The position numbers were made by a program, and so were the translations under genes. This document shows positions 18,146 through 28,240 of a stretch of 64,000 nt of DNA, piece after piece (position 1 is the stretch's first letter; the number at the start of each line of letters is the position of its first letter). Source of the DNA: Oligoflexia bacterium (GTDB taxonomy: Bacteria; Bdellovibrionota; UBA1018); assembly GCA_903895855.1 (NCBI GenBank), contig CAITVN010000080.1, positions 48,092 through 112,091 of the forward strand, in the 5' to 3' direction. Below the pieces are notes generated by a model. That model was not told the origin of the DNA. It did no database searches and saw only the letters and a list, made by a program, of their open reading frames with translations.

Positions 18146-19450
18146 CTACAACTCCAGCGACTCAACAAAATCCAAATAATTTCCTGGCGACACAGGCTCA
18201 AGCGTCAGCCCCAACTCACGCTTGAGTGCTCGCGCAGTATTTTGTTCAACCCTTTCTTCTTGAGCTGCCGAATCGAGACTCACTTGAAACGCGCGCCGAG
18301 ATTTCGACCTTAGGTTAACCGCAATAAAGTCGACTTCACCCCCTTCTTGAGTGAGGTAGTAAAAGACTTCACAACCAGCTCGACGCAAATCAAGATACAC
18401 TAAATTTTCGAATAAGTGGCCAGTATTTTCAGCGCCAGCGAAACTCACTACATGGTGAAATTGAGCATCAATGATGTAGTTCTTTTTGGGATTTGAGTCT
18501 TGCTTGCGCCTAGACTCTGAATACAACGGGCACTGAAAACTGAGGTAAGCGTCTTCGATAAAGGCCAGCCAATCATAAACACTATCTTTACTCACTGAGT
18601 GCCCTTGGCTTTTTAGAGAAAGGTATAGCTTATTAGCCGAAATCAACTGACCTGGATTTCTTAATAACTGTAACACAAGGCCCTTCAATGCTGACTCATT
18701 TTTGATACTGTGACGTTCGATCAGATCACGCAAGAGCATCACGTCAAGGTAGTTTCTCATCAGGTCAAGCTTCAAAGATTTGGCAGTCATCGCAATCTCA
18801 GGCAAACCACCTTCATTTAAGTACTCGAAAAACCACTGTTGAATCTGATCAGCAACGCGTTGATCGGTGTTACGCAAATCCTCGTCAAGAACATACCCTT
18901 TCAACTCACGCCATTCGCGAAATGAGAATGGAAAAATTTCTCGCCCTAGCCCTCGGCCGCGCAATGAACCAGCAATTTCACGACTCAGCATTTTAGCCGA
19001 AGAACCGGTCACGATCATTTCACAATCACGCGTCTCAATAATTCTTCGTAACGGCAAAGCCCAGCCATCGACGTGTTGAATTTCATCAAAAAATAGGTAA
19101 TTTTTTTGGGAATGTCTTTGTGGGCTCATTTTGAAAAATTCGTCAATGAGCTTACCCAATACTTTATTGTCCATCGGTAAAAGGCGTTCATCTTCAAGAT
19201 TTAAGTACAGTATGTTATTCTCTAATCCTTGCTTAATGAGTGCTTCAATATGATTGAGTAACAAAGTGCTCTTACCTACACGCCGCAGACCTATGAGAGC
19301 TAACGCTTTCTTCGACTGACATTGAAGCGAGACATTTCGTAAAATGCGTTCACTCCTTAGGCGCTCAGTCAAACCGACCCAGGAAAACCTTATCATTTCA
19401 GAATGTTCCGATTCTCTCCTTCCCATAAGGAAAGAATACATAAAATCCAT
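18146..19450 (-). CDS. COG1373-family ATPase (AAA_14 N-terminal domain + DUF4143 C-terminal restriction-endonuclease-like domain)
   Basis: Walker A LIGLRRVGKSTLLL, Walker B LFFDEIQ; C-terminal EVDFIAV block; 434 aa. Confidence 0.75.
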   Translation of the reverse strand: MDFMYSFLMGRRESEHSEMIRFSWVGLTERLRSERILRNVSLQCQSKKALALIGLRRVGKSTLLLNHIEALIKQGLENNILYLNLEDERLLPMDNKVLGKLIDEFFKMSPQRHSQKNYLFFDEIQHVDGWALPLRRIIETRDCEMIVTGSSAKMLSREIAGSLRGRGLGREIFPFSFREWRELKGYVLDEDLRNTDQRVADQIQQWFFEYLNEGGLPEIAMTAKSLKLDLMRNYLDVMLLRDLIERHSIKNESALKGLVLQLLRNPGQLISANKLYLSLKSQGHSVSKDSVYDWLAFIEDAYLSFQCPLYSESRRKQDSNPKKNYIIDAQFHHVVSFAGAENTGHLFENLVYLDLRRAGCEVFYYLTQEGGEVDFIAVNLRSKSRRAFQVSLDSAAQEERVEQNTARALKRELGLTLEPVSPGNYLDFVESLEL

Positions 19451-19674
19451 CCTTATTGCAAGGAAAGCTTTTTTTGGTATTCAGCCAGGTCTTTGCGCCA
19501 AGTTTTTGCGAACGATACCGAAAAAACGGGCAATTTACACCCAACTTCTGCCACTCCAAAGGGTCCATAAACTCAAAACCCCAAGTAGTCTTCTCCAGAC
19601 CACTCAGGGTTTTGTTGTTTTGACTTTTACATTAACCGTTCGTCAGAAGCTGAATTCCTGCGGTGGCTTCGCAG

Positions 19675-21441
19675 TTAGATTCCGATTGCACCGCCACTGC
19701 CTTCGCAGATCGGGCCAGTACAGATTGGCACTTGGTCAATCGGCACTGGAGTCTCAGTCGGAGTAGGCGTCGGACTCGGTGTCGGATCAGGGGTTGGCTC
19801 TGGCGTGACAGTCGGTGTTGGAGTCGGATCTGGAGTCACCGTCACAGTCGGGCTCGGAGTTGGAGTCGGATCTGGAGTCACTGTCACAGTTGGGCTCGGA
19901 GTTGGAGTCGGATCTGGAGTCACCGTCACAGTTGGGCTCGGTGTTGGAGTTGGGTCTGGAGTCACCGTCACAGTTGGGCTCGGTGTTACAGTCGGTACAG
20001 GACTCGGTGTTGGCGTTGGAGTCGCTGTCGGGCTTGGTACTGGGCTCGGAGTTACGGCAGGGATTTTCTCGCAGTACTGCACTTCAACTTTTGAACCAGC
20101 GGCGCCAGCGTTTTCTACTCGAACGAGATTTTTAGTCGCGCTGTATTCGCCACTCACTAATTGCCCGTCAACTTTGATTTTAATCGAAGCGACGTCAATG
20201 TCTTTCAAAATTTTCGTCAACACGAACTCGTGATTGAGTGTGAGTTTCTGGCTAGTGATAGCGCCAATTTGGGCCAAACCAGGAACGTAATTGGTTGAAG
20301 CTAGATCAACCACTGGACCTTTTGCGTAGTTGATCACATCTAAGTAACCGTAACCGAGTTCGTTTTCACCCGAATGCGGAATGGTTTTCAAATTGTTATA
20401 GAGAATGCCGCCCACGACAAGAGGTTGGGTTCCTTGAAGGACTCTTAATTTCGACAATAGACTGGTAGGGCTGATCGCTGCACAGTCTCTTTTCTTCGCA
20501 GGCACTTCGTAACCATCGGGGTCTGCTACTGGTTTAATGCCGGCCGGATACACCGCACAGATATCATTTTCATCAGCCACAAAGATCACCGCGAGAGCTG
20601 CAGTTTTTCTAAAAAATCCTTTTGCTCTAGCTTCAGTCAAGTGCCCCGTGTCTAGCGCATTCGTCAGAGAATACAACCCCTCTTCACCACCGTCACTAAA
20701 ACGATCTACGGGCTGATGGGTCATGAGAAATTTGAGGTTTGACCGAATCTGGGTGATCGATTGTTTCTTAGAACTCAATACCGGGCCAACCGAAGCATAC
20801 TGCCAGAGGCGCCCCATGTAAGGCGACCGACTGCCGTGAGCAGGCATCACGGCGATTTGGTAATCGACATCTTTTGGGAGCTCACGAACAAAGGCATCAA
20901 TGCCGTCAGCGATTTGAGACTTCTCTTGAACCATTGATCCTGAAGTATCAGTCACAAATAAAATATCTAATGATTGTGTAATGGTCACTGCGGGCTGCTG
21001 AAACTGATCGATTGAACAGTCAGCCACCGCTACTGGCGAAGGCACGACAGAAGGAGTCGGTGAAGGCGAAACATTGTGGCCACATCCGGCTGAGTGGTGG
21101 TGATCTTTGTCGTCATCGTCTTTGTCATGATTGCCCTTTTGTTTTTCGTGCTCCCTTTCGTTTTCTCTATCTTTTTCTCTATCTTGGCGTTCTTTATCTT
21201 TCGCCCTAGCGCGACTCAAGAGTTCCATAATTCTGTCAGTGAATGACATGTGCTTATCGACTGACTGGTCACTCTGAATTTGGGTGGTTTGAGCTGAACC
21301 CGCAGCCGAGTCAGCTGCGACTGGAACGCCTGGTTCAGATTGGCAGCCAGCACCAAAGGCAGTTAGTGATGAAAGGCTAATTAATACGAGCACTTGTCTC
21401 GACTTAAACCTACGACTCAAGAGTTGGATTTGGGTTTTCAT
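19675..21441 (-). CDS. secreted/lipoprotein von Willebrand factor A (vWA, MIDAS) domain protein with charged His-rich segment and C-terminal Pro/Thr tandem repeats
   Basis: signal peptide with FGAGC; MIDAS DTSGSM (DxSxS); [13 protein letters not shown]...DDDDKDHHH low-complexity; 4x [14 protein letters not shown]; Cys-rich tail CTGPICEG. Confidence 0.7.
   Translation of the reverse strand: MKTQIQLLSRRFKSRQVLVLISLSSLTAFGAGCQSEPGVPVAADSAAGSAQTTQIQSDQSVDKHMSFTDRIMELLSRARAKDKERQDREKDRENEREHEKQKGNHDKDDDDKDHHHSAGCGHNVSPSPTPSVVPSPVAVADCSIDQFQQPAVTITQSLDILFVTDTSGSMVQEKSQIADGIDAFVRELPKDVDYQIAVMPAHGSRSPYMGRLWQYASVGPVLSSKKQSITQIRSNLKFLMTHQPVDRFSDGGEEGLYSLTNALDTGHLTEARAKGFFRKTAALAVIFVADENDICAVYPAGIKPVADPDGYEVPAKKRDCAAISPTSLLSKLRVLQGTQPLVVGGILYNNLKTIPHSGENELGYGYLDVINYAKGPVVDLASTNYVPGLAQIGAITSQKLTLNHEFVLTKILKDIDVASIKIKVDGQLVSGEYSATKNLVRVENAGAAGSKVEVQYCEKIPAVTPSPVPSPTATPTPTPSPVPTVTPSPTVTVTPDPTPTPSPTVTVTPDPTPTPSPTVTVTPDPTPTPSPTVTVTPDPTPTPTVTPEPTPDPTPSPTPTPTETPVPIDQVPICTGPICEGSGGAIGI
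19790..20010. repeat. 42-bp tandem coding repeats (about 4.5 copies) encoding PT-rich linker of vWA protein
   Basis: unit ggagtcggatctggagtcaccgtcacagttgggctcggagtt repeated head-to-tail; generates spurious ORFs on + strand (19663..20094, 19805..20233, 19815..20135). Confidence 0.8.
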
Positions 21442-21764
21442 AAGTTATGTTTTGTTAATAAAATTAACCTTTCTTAACTTTTAGACTAAAGCATTTCGAT
21501 TTGACTAGCAAGAAAAATCGCAGCGCCCGCGTTAAACTCCTCAAGGTGACGCCCACTATTTTAAAAATGCCATTTAATATCAAATGGATATCATCTGAGT
21601 CGGCGAAGCCCATAAAAGCGAGTATACCCTTCGGTTTGAATTATTGACTAAAATAGTCAGCTAATGAGATTGGCTCCCCAACACTCAACAGGAGTGCTAC
21701 CCCACATCACACTTAACCGAATTTCATCACTTGAGCCCCCAATAGCCGAAGCCAAGCTTTCTTC

Positions 21765-21924
21765 AAAAACTACCATTTTACCAGATATGCGATCAACAGG
21801 TAGTTTTTATCACACTGATTTTATTGGATTTTACTAAGAAAATGAATACCAACATAACTAACTTATTGATATTATTATATAAAAAAACTACCGCTTTACT
21901 CTAAACCCATAAACAGGTAGTTTT
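21765..21924 (+). promoter_or_regulatory. two copies of a about 44-bp hairpin unit (aaaaactacc-N24-ggtagtttt) in the 5' region of ATPase gene 21930
   Basis: inverted repeats 21765-21774/21799-21808 and 21883-21892/21916-21924; second unit ends 5 nt before ATG 21930. Confidence 0.45.
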
Positions 21925-21929
21925 AGCTC

Positions 21930-23408
21930 ATGACGAACCCACAAACACTACTTGGCAGATCGGCCGAACTAAAAGAACTATCAGAGTTCGCAACTGCAAA
22001 AAAAGCGGGGTTCACGTATGTCAGAGGGCGACGCCGAGTAGGAAAATCAACACTTCTCAAAGAACTCCAACGCACCATTCCTCATGTCTTCTATTTTTTT
22101 GGAGCCGATGATTCAACCACGAAAGGCCTTCTCAACTCGTTTGCAGAACAATGGGACAGATTCACAGGCAAAACACGGCTCACAGAACTTAAGACACTCA
22201 CCTGGAACCGTATCTTTTCTGAAATATCGAGTCACGTTGGCCAATGCAAAATCGGTTTAGTTCTCATATTCGATGAAATCCAATGGATTGCAAAAACCAA
22301 ATCTGGCTGTACCGGCGCTCTTAAAGAAGCCTGGCTAGACTGGGAGCGCCTAGAAGTAAAAGTCATCATCTGCGGATCATCTAATAAGTTTTTTTTGCAA
22401 AAAACCGGAAGCGAAGAAGCCATTCTTCGCGGATTGAAAACCAGGTCTGATATCTGGATACATCCCTTTTCTCTTGGCCAAGTCAAAAAATTCTACTTCC
22501 CGAAGTGGAAAAACGAAGAAGTCGCTCTCACCTATATGATGCTGGGTGGAGTTCCCTACTACCTCAACCGAATCAACAACCCCAGCCGCGGATTCATTCA
22601 ATGCCTTAACGACGCCATTTTTACACAAGATGCCATTTTTTTAGAAGAAATCGACGAAGTACTCCGCCTCGAATTTAAAGAGCACGGCCTAAAAACCGCA
22701 AAGACAATATTGAGTTGTCTAGGGCAATCCGGAACTTCCCAAGCCGAGATTCAAAAAATAACTGGTCTTGCACTCACCACAGTCGTCCATTCACTCGAAA
22801 GTCTTTCAAATTATGGACTCGTTTTTCAGAAAATTCCCGCGCATAGAAAAAAACAGAACGAAGCGGGCGCACTCTACTTCATGAAAGATTTCTATCTCAA
22901 TTTTTATTTTCAAGTTCTTCTCGCATACAAGTCGAAAATTGAATCGAATAGAAACAAGGGTTTATTATTTCCGCAAGTTTTCGCCAACAACAATAGACAT
23001 TATTTTATCCAGAACTTCACAGGAAAATCTTTTGAACTCTTAGTGCGTTACATTCTTGAAAGAAAAACAACACCCGACCCCGCACTACACCAACGACTTC
23101 ACCTGCGTGACCATGAGTATGACGTACTTTCGTACTGGGACCAGCAAACAGAAATCGATATCCTGGTAGAACACCAAAAAGACCGCATTGCTCGCATCAT
23201 TGAATGCAAATGGATAAGCCCTGATAACAATGAAGGATCAAAATACCTTGAAGAACTGATCAACAAAAAATACATTCCACACCCCACCTACTCAATCAAG
23301 CGATACCTGTGCCTCTCAAAAGACACGCCCCCTCAACTGAAAGCTAAGGCAGAAGAAAAAGGCGTCACATTGATTTGCCTCGAACACCTTTTTGACGAAC
23401 AGTCCTAA
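21930..23408 (+). CDS. COG1672-type ATPase (archaeal-type ATPase_2 domain + DUF234 C-terminal domain)
   Basis: Walker A VRGRRRVGKSTLLKEL, Walker B LVLIFDEIQW; 492 aa; ATG 21930. Confidence 0.7.
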   Translation: MTNPQTLLGRSAELKELSEFATAKKAGFTYVRGRRRVGKSTLLKELQRTIPHVFYFFGADDSTTKGLLNSFAEQWDRFTGKTRLTELKTLTWNRIFSEISSHVGQCKIGLVLIFDEIQWIAKTKSGCTGALKEAWLDWERLEVKVIICGSSNKFFLQKTGSEEAILRGLKTRSDIWIHPFSLGQVKKFYFPKWKNEEVALTYMMLGGVPYYLNRINNPSRGFIQCLNDAIFTQDAIFLEEIDEVLRLEFKEHGLKTAKTILSCLGQSGTSQAEIQKITGLALTTVVHSLESLSNYGLVFQKIPAHRKKQNEAGALYFMKDFYLNFYFQVLLAYKSKIESNRNKGLLFPQVFANNNRHYFIQNFTGKSFELLVRYILERKTTPDPALHQRLHLRDHEYDVLSYWDQQTEIDILVEHQKDRIARIIECKWISPDNNEGSKYLEELINKKYIPHPTYSIKRYLCLSKDTPPQLKAKAEEKGVTLICLEHLFDEQS

Positions 23409-23770
23409 GTCGTCGCGCTTCCACCTGCATCACCGGCAGGAAAAAAGCGATTATGTCGTGCTTTTTTCGCTAGACAGTGATTTTATTAAATTTTACAGGT
23501 GCGCTTTTTTTCCTCAGAAAGGCTGTAAAGTGGCCTTAAACGATCGCATTTACCCCAGTAACAACCGGTGAACTTAGAGGTTCAAGAAAGTGAAGAAATA
23601 CTCGGCGAGGTCGATAAATGCCGACACGAATTAGTACCGAACTCCATCTATTTGCCTCACTTCGATTCGAAGGGGCGCGTGTCCTTCCAACGGACCTATG
23701 TCGGATTAAAAGACGAATTCTACCTCAACACGGTGGCGCAAATTCGGCGAAGCCACACCACACACCACGA

Positions 23771-24703
23771 TCAGCTGAGTTTCATCACCTGAGCCAACCC
23801 AGACGGAGTGCGAACCACTCCCGAGGCCCAAGGCGAAAGCGAAAATAGGCCCTTAACGTTTTCTGGCGCTGAGACGATTTGGCTATCGACGCCATCAACG
23901 GCGTAGACTTTAAGACCACTGTGGGTTGCAATGCAGATCCATTGATCTCCCATTTCACCTTGCCAATTCAGAGCCCCCTTGAGGTCAAGAAGCTGATGGG
24001 CTTTTCCGTCAATGACCACTTTCTGGGTCATGCGAGCCTCAGCAGCGATGCGACCAAACCCTACGAGCTTTTTCATTTCGAGCGCAATCTTTCGACCACA
24101 GACTCGAAACACTAAGTAGCGATCATCAGCGCCCAACACCGCAGCCCAATCAAAACCAGCCGCACCACCCAGGGCATCGACCCACTCGTCACTCAGTGAA
24201 TCAAAGGCCATTGAAATGAGTTCGCCGTTCCATTTACGAATGTGAATCTGATTTGCCTGAATCGAATCGATTAAGTGAACCGGCACCAACGCCTCACGTC
24301 CGCCTTCAAGGGTGACCTCATAAGCGGGGCAACTTAAAAAATCATGATTCAACCTAATTTGTTGATAAAATCCACCGCCCGCGTTCAACCCAACGTGGCG
24401 CCGACAATTGATGACACCCTTTTTACCAGTCTGCACCACTTCAACGATCAAATGCTGCGAATCAGGCGAAAGCGCTAAGCGATCAAGGGTGTCGTGAATC
24501 TCTTCAAAAAGCTCGAAACTCAGCTCTCCAGAAACCTGCACCCGCCAGTCATGAAAACGATTCAATTGCCCCAGATTTGCGATTTCATTTTGAGTGATCA
24601 AGATCGGTATTTCCTCAACTGACCTATCGTCAATCGAACAAAAACCCTTGATACGCCTTACTTGCCCAGTGTTGGCACCTGTCAGCCCAAGAACTAGCGC
24701 CAA
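23771..24703 (-). CDS. hypothetical protein (TTG start; reading frame stays open into upstream palindromic element)
   Basis: 310-aa ORF without internal Met until about residue 165; no recognised motif. Confidence 0.35.
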   Translation of the reverse strand: MALVLGLTGANTGQVRRIKGFCSIDDRSVEEIPILITQNEIANLGQLNRFHDWRVQVSGELSFELFEEIHDTLDRLALSPDSQHLIVEVVQTGKKGVINCRRHVGLNAGGGFYQQIRLNHDFLSCPAYEVTLEGGREALVPVHLIDSIQANQIHIRKWNGELISMAFDSLSDEWVDALGGAAGFDWAAVLGADDRYLVFRVCGRKIALEMKKLVGFGRIAAEARMTQKVVIDGKAHQLLDLKGALNWQGEMGDQWICIATHSGLKVYAVDGVDSQIVSAPENVKGLFSLSPWASGVVRTPSGLAQVMKLS

Positions 24704-24720
24704 TTCACTTTTAATCTCAT

Positions 24721-24846
24721 TTAAGGATTTGGCAGATTTGGTTTGAGTTATTTTTGGAACAAACCTCCTGTTTTCGCGGGCTTTTGTCGCATCCGTGCGA
24801 CGCCCGAGTCCAAAAATAACTCAAACCAAATCTGCCAAATCCTTAA
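24721..24846. repeat. nested-palindrome repeat element copy 2 (inverted orientation): 38-bp inverted-repeat arms flanking the same 50-bp core as 7956-8005
   Basis: arms 24721-24758 / 24809-24846 perfect; core 24759-24810 is reverse complement of copy-1 core (about 44/50 identical) while arms are unrelated to copy-1 arms. Confidence 0.75.
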
Positions 24847-24970
24847 GTGCGTAAGGGCAGGTTAACGCAAGGATGCGGTCCCATTCTTGGGTGGCCCGAG
24901 CTTGAGCGCCGCTAACCCGTGTTGAACGATAATTCAAATGAGGAGACGCTCCAATCTGGGCGAAGGGCCT

Positions 24971-25855
24971 CTAAGGCCTCTGACAAACCGGGCTGGTCCC
25001 GGCAGCTTTTGCCGCCTCATACTTCGGCATGGCTTCTCTAAAGTGTGCCTGCAAGTTCGCTATGCGGTTTTCACTCGCCGGATGAGTCGACATCCACTCG
25101 GGCGGAGCTTTTCCGCCATGGTCGCCGATCATGTTTTTCCAAAGCTGAACGCTTTCTCTCGGATCAAACCCAACCCGGGCCATCAAATCTAAACCAATCA
25201 AATCAGCTTCACTTTCTTGAGTGCGACCAAACGGCAACAAAATGCCGTATTGAGCGCCTAATCCTAAAGCTGCCATGAGTGCGTTATTTTTCGCACCGCC
25301 TTGCTCACCCAATGCCGCAGAAGCCACCACCAGCCCCCCCTGGGTCAGCATTCCTTGAGAAACCCTCTCTTTGCCGTGCTTTGCGATCACATGCCCCACT
25401 TCATGCCCTAGCACCGCCGCCAACTGCGAGTCGGTCTTAGCTACTTTCAACAAACCGGTGTGAACCCCAATCTTACCACCCGGTAAAGCGAACGCATTGG
25501 CGGTATCGTCTTGAAATAGGCGAATTTCCCACTGGTCACCCGGAATGCCACTATTTGAAGCGGCTGCGATGGGCCTCGCGATACACTGAATGTATTTAGC
25601 CATCGGCGTATCGACCTCGGTATGAACTTTGGTTTTCATCTCACTGTAAGCAGCCGACCCCATTGAATTCATCTGCGCGTCAGGCACGAGACTGATTTGC
25701 GAACGCCCCAACGGTGAGGTGGCGCAACCACTCATTATGATGATAACCACACCCACCTTCGCCATCAAAGTGATTACGCCGAAAAGACCTTTTGATTTCA
25801 GAGATATGCTCATTGCCATGACTACCAGTTCTAGCAAAGCCTCCACCATTTTCAA
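24971..25855 (-). CDS. M48-family zinc metallopeptidase (lipoprotein/periplasmic)
   Basis: HEVGHVIAKH HExxH motif; signal peptide with SGC lipobox-like. Confidence 0.7.
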   Translation of the reverse strand: MKMVEALLELVVMAMSISLKSKGLFGVITLMAKVGVVIIIMSGCATSPLGRSQISLVPDAQMNSMGSAAYSEMKTKVHTEVDTPMAKYIQCIARPIAAASNSGIPGDQWEIRLFQDDTANAFALPGGKIGVHTGLLKVAKTDSQLAAVLGHEVGHVIAKHGKERVSQGMLTQGGLVVASAALGEQGGAKNNALMAALGLGAQYGILLPFGRTQESEADLIGLDLMARVGFDPRESVQLWKNMIGDHGGKAPPEWMSTHPASENRIANLQAHFREAMPKYEAAKAAGTSPVCQRP

Positions 25856-25873
25856 CCCTCAATTGCAAAATTC

Positions 25874-27508
25874 ATGACTGGGTGGCTCAAAGAAAATTGT
25901 AAAGATTTATCTAGTAAGCGTCGAAAAGTTGTCATGTCTAAATTGACCAAACTAATACCGACGCATGAGATCAATCGACCCCGCTCTTTTCTTTGTTTGG
26001 GAGCTTTGACCGTATTTATCTACTTTGTATTTAATAATTTTACACCCCTAGCAAACGTATTTGCCGAACCGGTGTTGATCATTCACACCAACGATCTGCA
26101 CTCACACCTCGACCACGCAGACACGCCAGAAATCGGTGGCTACGCCGCTGTGAAAACTAAAATCGATGAACTCAAGCTCGAAGCCGAAAGCCAAGGCATT
26201 CCCGTTTTGGTTTTAGACGCCGGTGACTTCACCGAAGGCAGCGAATTCAACTACGCCGACAAAGGCCTCTGGGGCTGGCAAGCCATGAGCCAAATGGGCT
26301 ATGACGCTGTCACTCTAGGTAATCACGACTGGCTTCAAGGTTTAACCGACCTATCGCGAGTCATCGACGCTACTCAGCCCGGCTTTTCGGTTCTCGCCGC
26401 AAATTTTGATTTCGATAAGGCCAAATTTCCCGTGCTCGGTAAATTCATCAAGCCCTCAATTGAACTCTCGGTTGGACAGCAAAAAATAGCCATCTTAGGC
26501 CTCACGACCAGCGACCTGACTTACAGTTGGCGCGCCCGTGATGGAGCTATAGGCCCCGCAATACCGGCGGCATGGGATCAAGTACCCAAGCTTCGATCGC
26601 GAAACGATTTTCTCATCGCACTGACCCACATTGGTTACCAATCAGATATCGCGCTAGCGAAAAAAGTCGAAGGAATTGACCTGATCGTCGGCGGCCACAG
26701 CCACACCCGACTCGATCAAGTTGACTTAACAAAAAATGAGAAAACCCATCGCCCCATTCCTATCGTGCAAACTGGCTCGGCTGGTCGGTACGTGGGCCGA
26801 CTTCTGGTTGACCTCACCAAGGGTGAACCCGTGCAGGTTTTGTCGTATCAACTGGTGCCAATCTACAGCGCTGAAGCTAAAATCTCTCAACTGACTGACA
26901 CCGTAGAAAAAGCAAAAGCTGCGTACCGAGATCACTTCGGTCCGAGCTGGCTTTCTGAAATCATCGGTTACTCAGAAGTGAACTTAGACACCCAAGGCGG
27001 ATCAGGTCCGACCACATTTTCTAATCTCGTAGCCGATGGCATGCGAGAAAGTTCGAAAGCCGACGTGGCATTTGACATGGGAGTTTTTGAGGGATTTTCT
27101 CAGCCGGCCGGCCCAATCACCCGAGAATCACTGATCAAGCTGTATCCACGTTCATTTGATTTTAACCAGAAATATGGCTGGAACATTTGGACCGTAAAAA
27201 TCAGAGGGTGGGTTTTAAAATCGGCTATCAAACTCTTGGCAAAAATCGACGGTGGTTTCACTTTTTCAGGCATCACCTACACCACCAGCAGTAAAGGAAA
27301 GCTCAGCAATTTTAAAATCAACGGCTCAAAATTAAAATTATTACACAATTATACTTTAGCCGTGCCAGAAGGGGTGGGCCGTGGGGCTCATGACATCGCC
27401 CAAATTCTCAAGACCATCTTGAAAAACCCGACAAACACGGGCATTCCCGTCTGGACCGCTCTCGAAGATCAATTCAGAAAACACAGCCCCATCAAGGCTA
27501 TTCCTTAA
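25874..27508 (+). CDS. metallophosphoesterase / 5'-nucleotidase family protein
   Basis: IIHTNDLHSHL, VLDAGDFTEGS, GNHDW, GGHSH calcineurin-like motifs plus C-terminal 5'-nucleotidase domain; N-terminal TM; start uncertain. Confidence 0.7.
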   Translation: MTGWLKENCKDLSSKRRKVVMSKLTKLIPTHEINRPRSFLCLGALTVFIYFVFNNFTPLANVFAEPVLIIHTNDLHSHLDHADTPEIGGYAAVKTKIDELKLEAESQGIPVLVLDAGDFTEGSEFNYADKGLWGWQAMSQMGYDAVTLGNHDWLQGLTDLSRVIDATQPGFSVLAANFDFDKAKFPVLGKFIKPSIELSVGQQKIAILGLTTSDLTYSWRARDGAIGPAIPAAWDQVPKLRSRNDFLIALTHIGYQSDIALAKKVEGIDLIVGGHSHTRLDQVDLTKNEKTHRPIPIVQTGSAGRYVGRLLVDLTKGEPVQVLSYQLVPIYSAEAKISQLTDTVEKAKAAYRDHFGPSWLSEIIGYSEVNLDTQGGSGPTTFSNLVADGMRESSKADVAFDMGVFEGFSQPAGPITRESLIKLYPRSFDFNQKYGWNIWTVKIRGWVLKSAIKLLAKIDGGFTFSGITYTTSSKGKLSNFKINGSKLKLLHNYTLAVPEGVGRGAHDIAQILKTILKNPTNTGIPVWTALEDQFRKHSPIKAIP

Positions 27509-28176
27509 TGAGAGCGTTTCACCCTTAGGCAACGATGAGCTAAGTTTTCAGTATCACTCTGAGCCATGTCGGTGAACCGATCTAGCAAAAATTCAAGCAC
27601 ACTCACTTTTACTGTGCCGGGTTCTTGAAAACTAAGCGGAGTGAGCACTAAGTCAGGTCTTTTTTTCGCCACATCAACGAAATCAACCCAACTGATCCTG
27701 GCAGCGCCTCCACGGTCTTTCATCATGTCATCCATCATCGCGAAGCACAGACTTTCATTTCCAACGGGTACCGTCATTTTCCAAGTAATCGGCTTAGACT
27801 GAAGCAGGTCGTACCGCTCACAGGTCCACGCAAAGGCCTTTTCGTCACCAGCGATGATCACTCGATTTTCACGCATGCGCGTGAGAATTTCAGTGCGGAT
27901 ACGCTCATGGCGATCAAAAGCAGAGCACTTTTTCAAACCTTCATACACCTGTACGTAAGAGTCAGTCACCTGCGGAGCCAACAAAGACGGAATGTTCCGC
28001 AACTCAAGGTTCAAATCTGAATAACCGTCATTTAAAAAATACGTAAAATTTGCGTCAGCCATCACGGTCTTCGGGGCCAACACCGACAACACCGCACACG
28101 TGAACAACAACGCAACTCGCTTGGTAATGGTTTTCAATGAGCACTCCTTCCCAGAGTGCCAATTCGAGTAACTCAA
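27505..28176 (-). CDS. hypothetical secreted protein
   Basis: 223-aa ORF with signal peptide (ALLFTCAVLSVLAPKTVMA). Confidence 0.4.
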   Translation of the reverse strand: MSYSNWHSGKECSLKTITKRVALLFTCAVLSVLAPKTVMADANFTYFLNDGYSDLNLELRNIPSLLAPQVTDSYVQVYEGLKKCSAFDRHERIRTEILTRMRENRVIIAGDEKAFAWTCERYDLLQSKPITWKMTVPVGNESLCFAMMDDMMKDRGGAARISWVDFVDVAKKRPDLVLTPLSFQEPGTVKVSVLEFLLDRFTDMAQSDTENLAHRCLRVKRSH

Positions 28177-28240
28177 TTAACACATAGCGTCAATTTAACT
28201 TGAAAAATTTATCACGCCCTGCAATTCATCAGTAGGAAAT

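Noticed and set aside
19790-20010. Possible CRISPR array (regular repeats)
   Set aside because: Repeats are contiguous with no spacers, 42 bp in-frame units inside a coding sequence; no cas genes in window.
19663-20233. Long plus-strand ORFs (143, 142 and 106 aa) rich in GV / SW / LES repeats opposite the vWA gene
   Set aside because: They are mirror artefacts of the 42-bp PT-coding tandem repeats on the minus strand; periodic composition, no start context.
15000-23500. Prophage or integrative element interpretation of the accessory block
   Set aside because: No integrase, capsid, terminase, tRNA attachment site or direct-repeat att borders visible; composition similar to backbone; better described as a decayed accessory/defence-like island.
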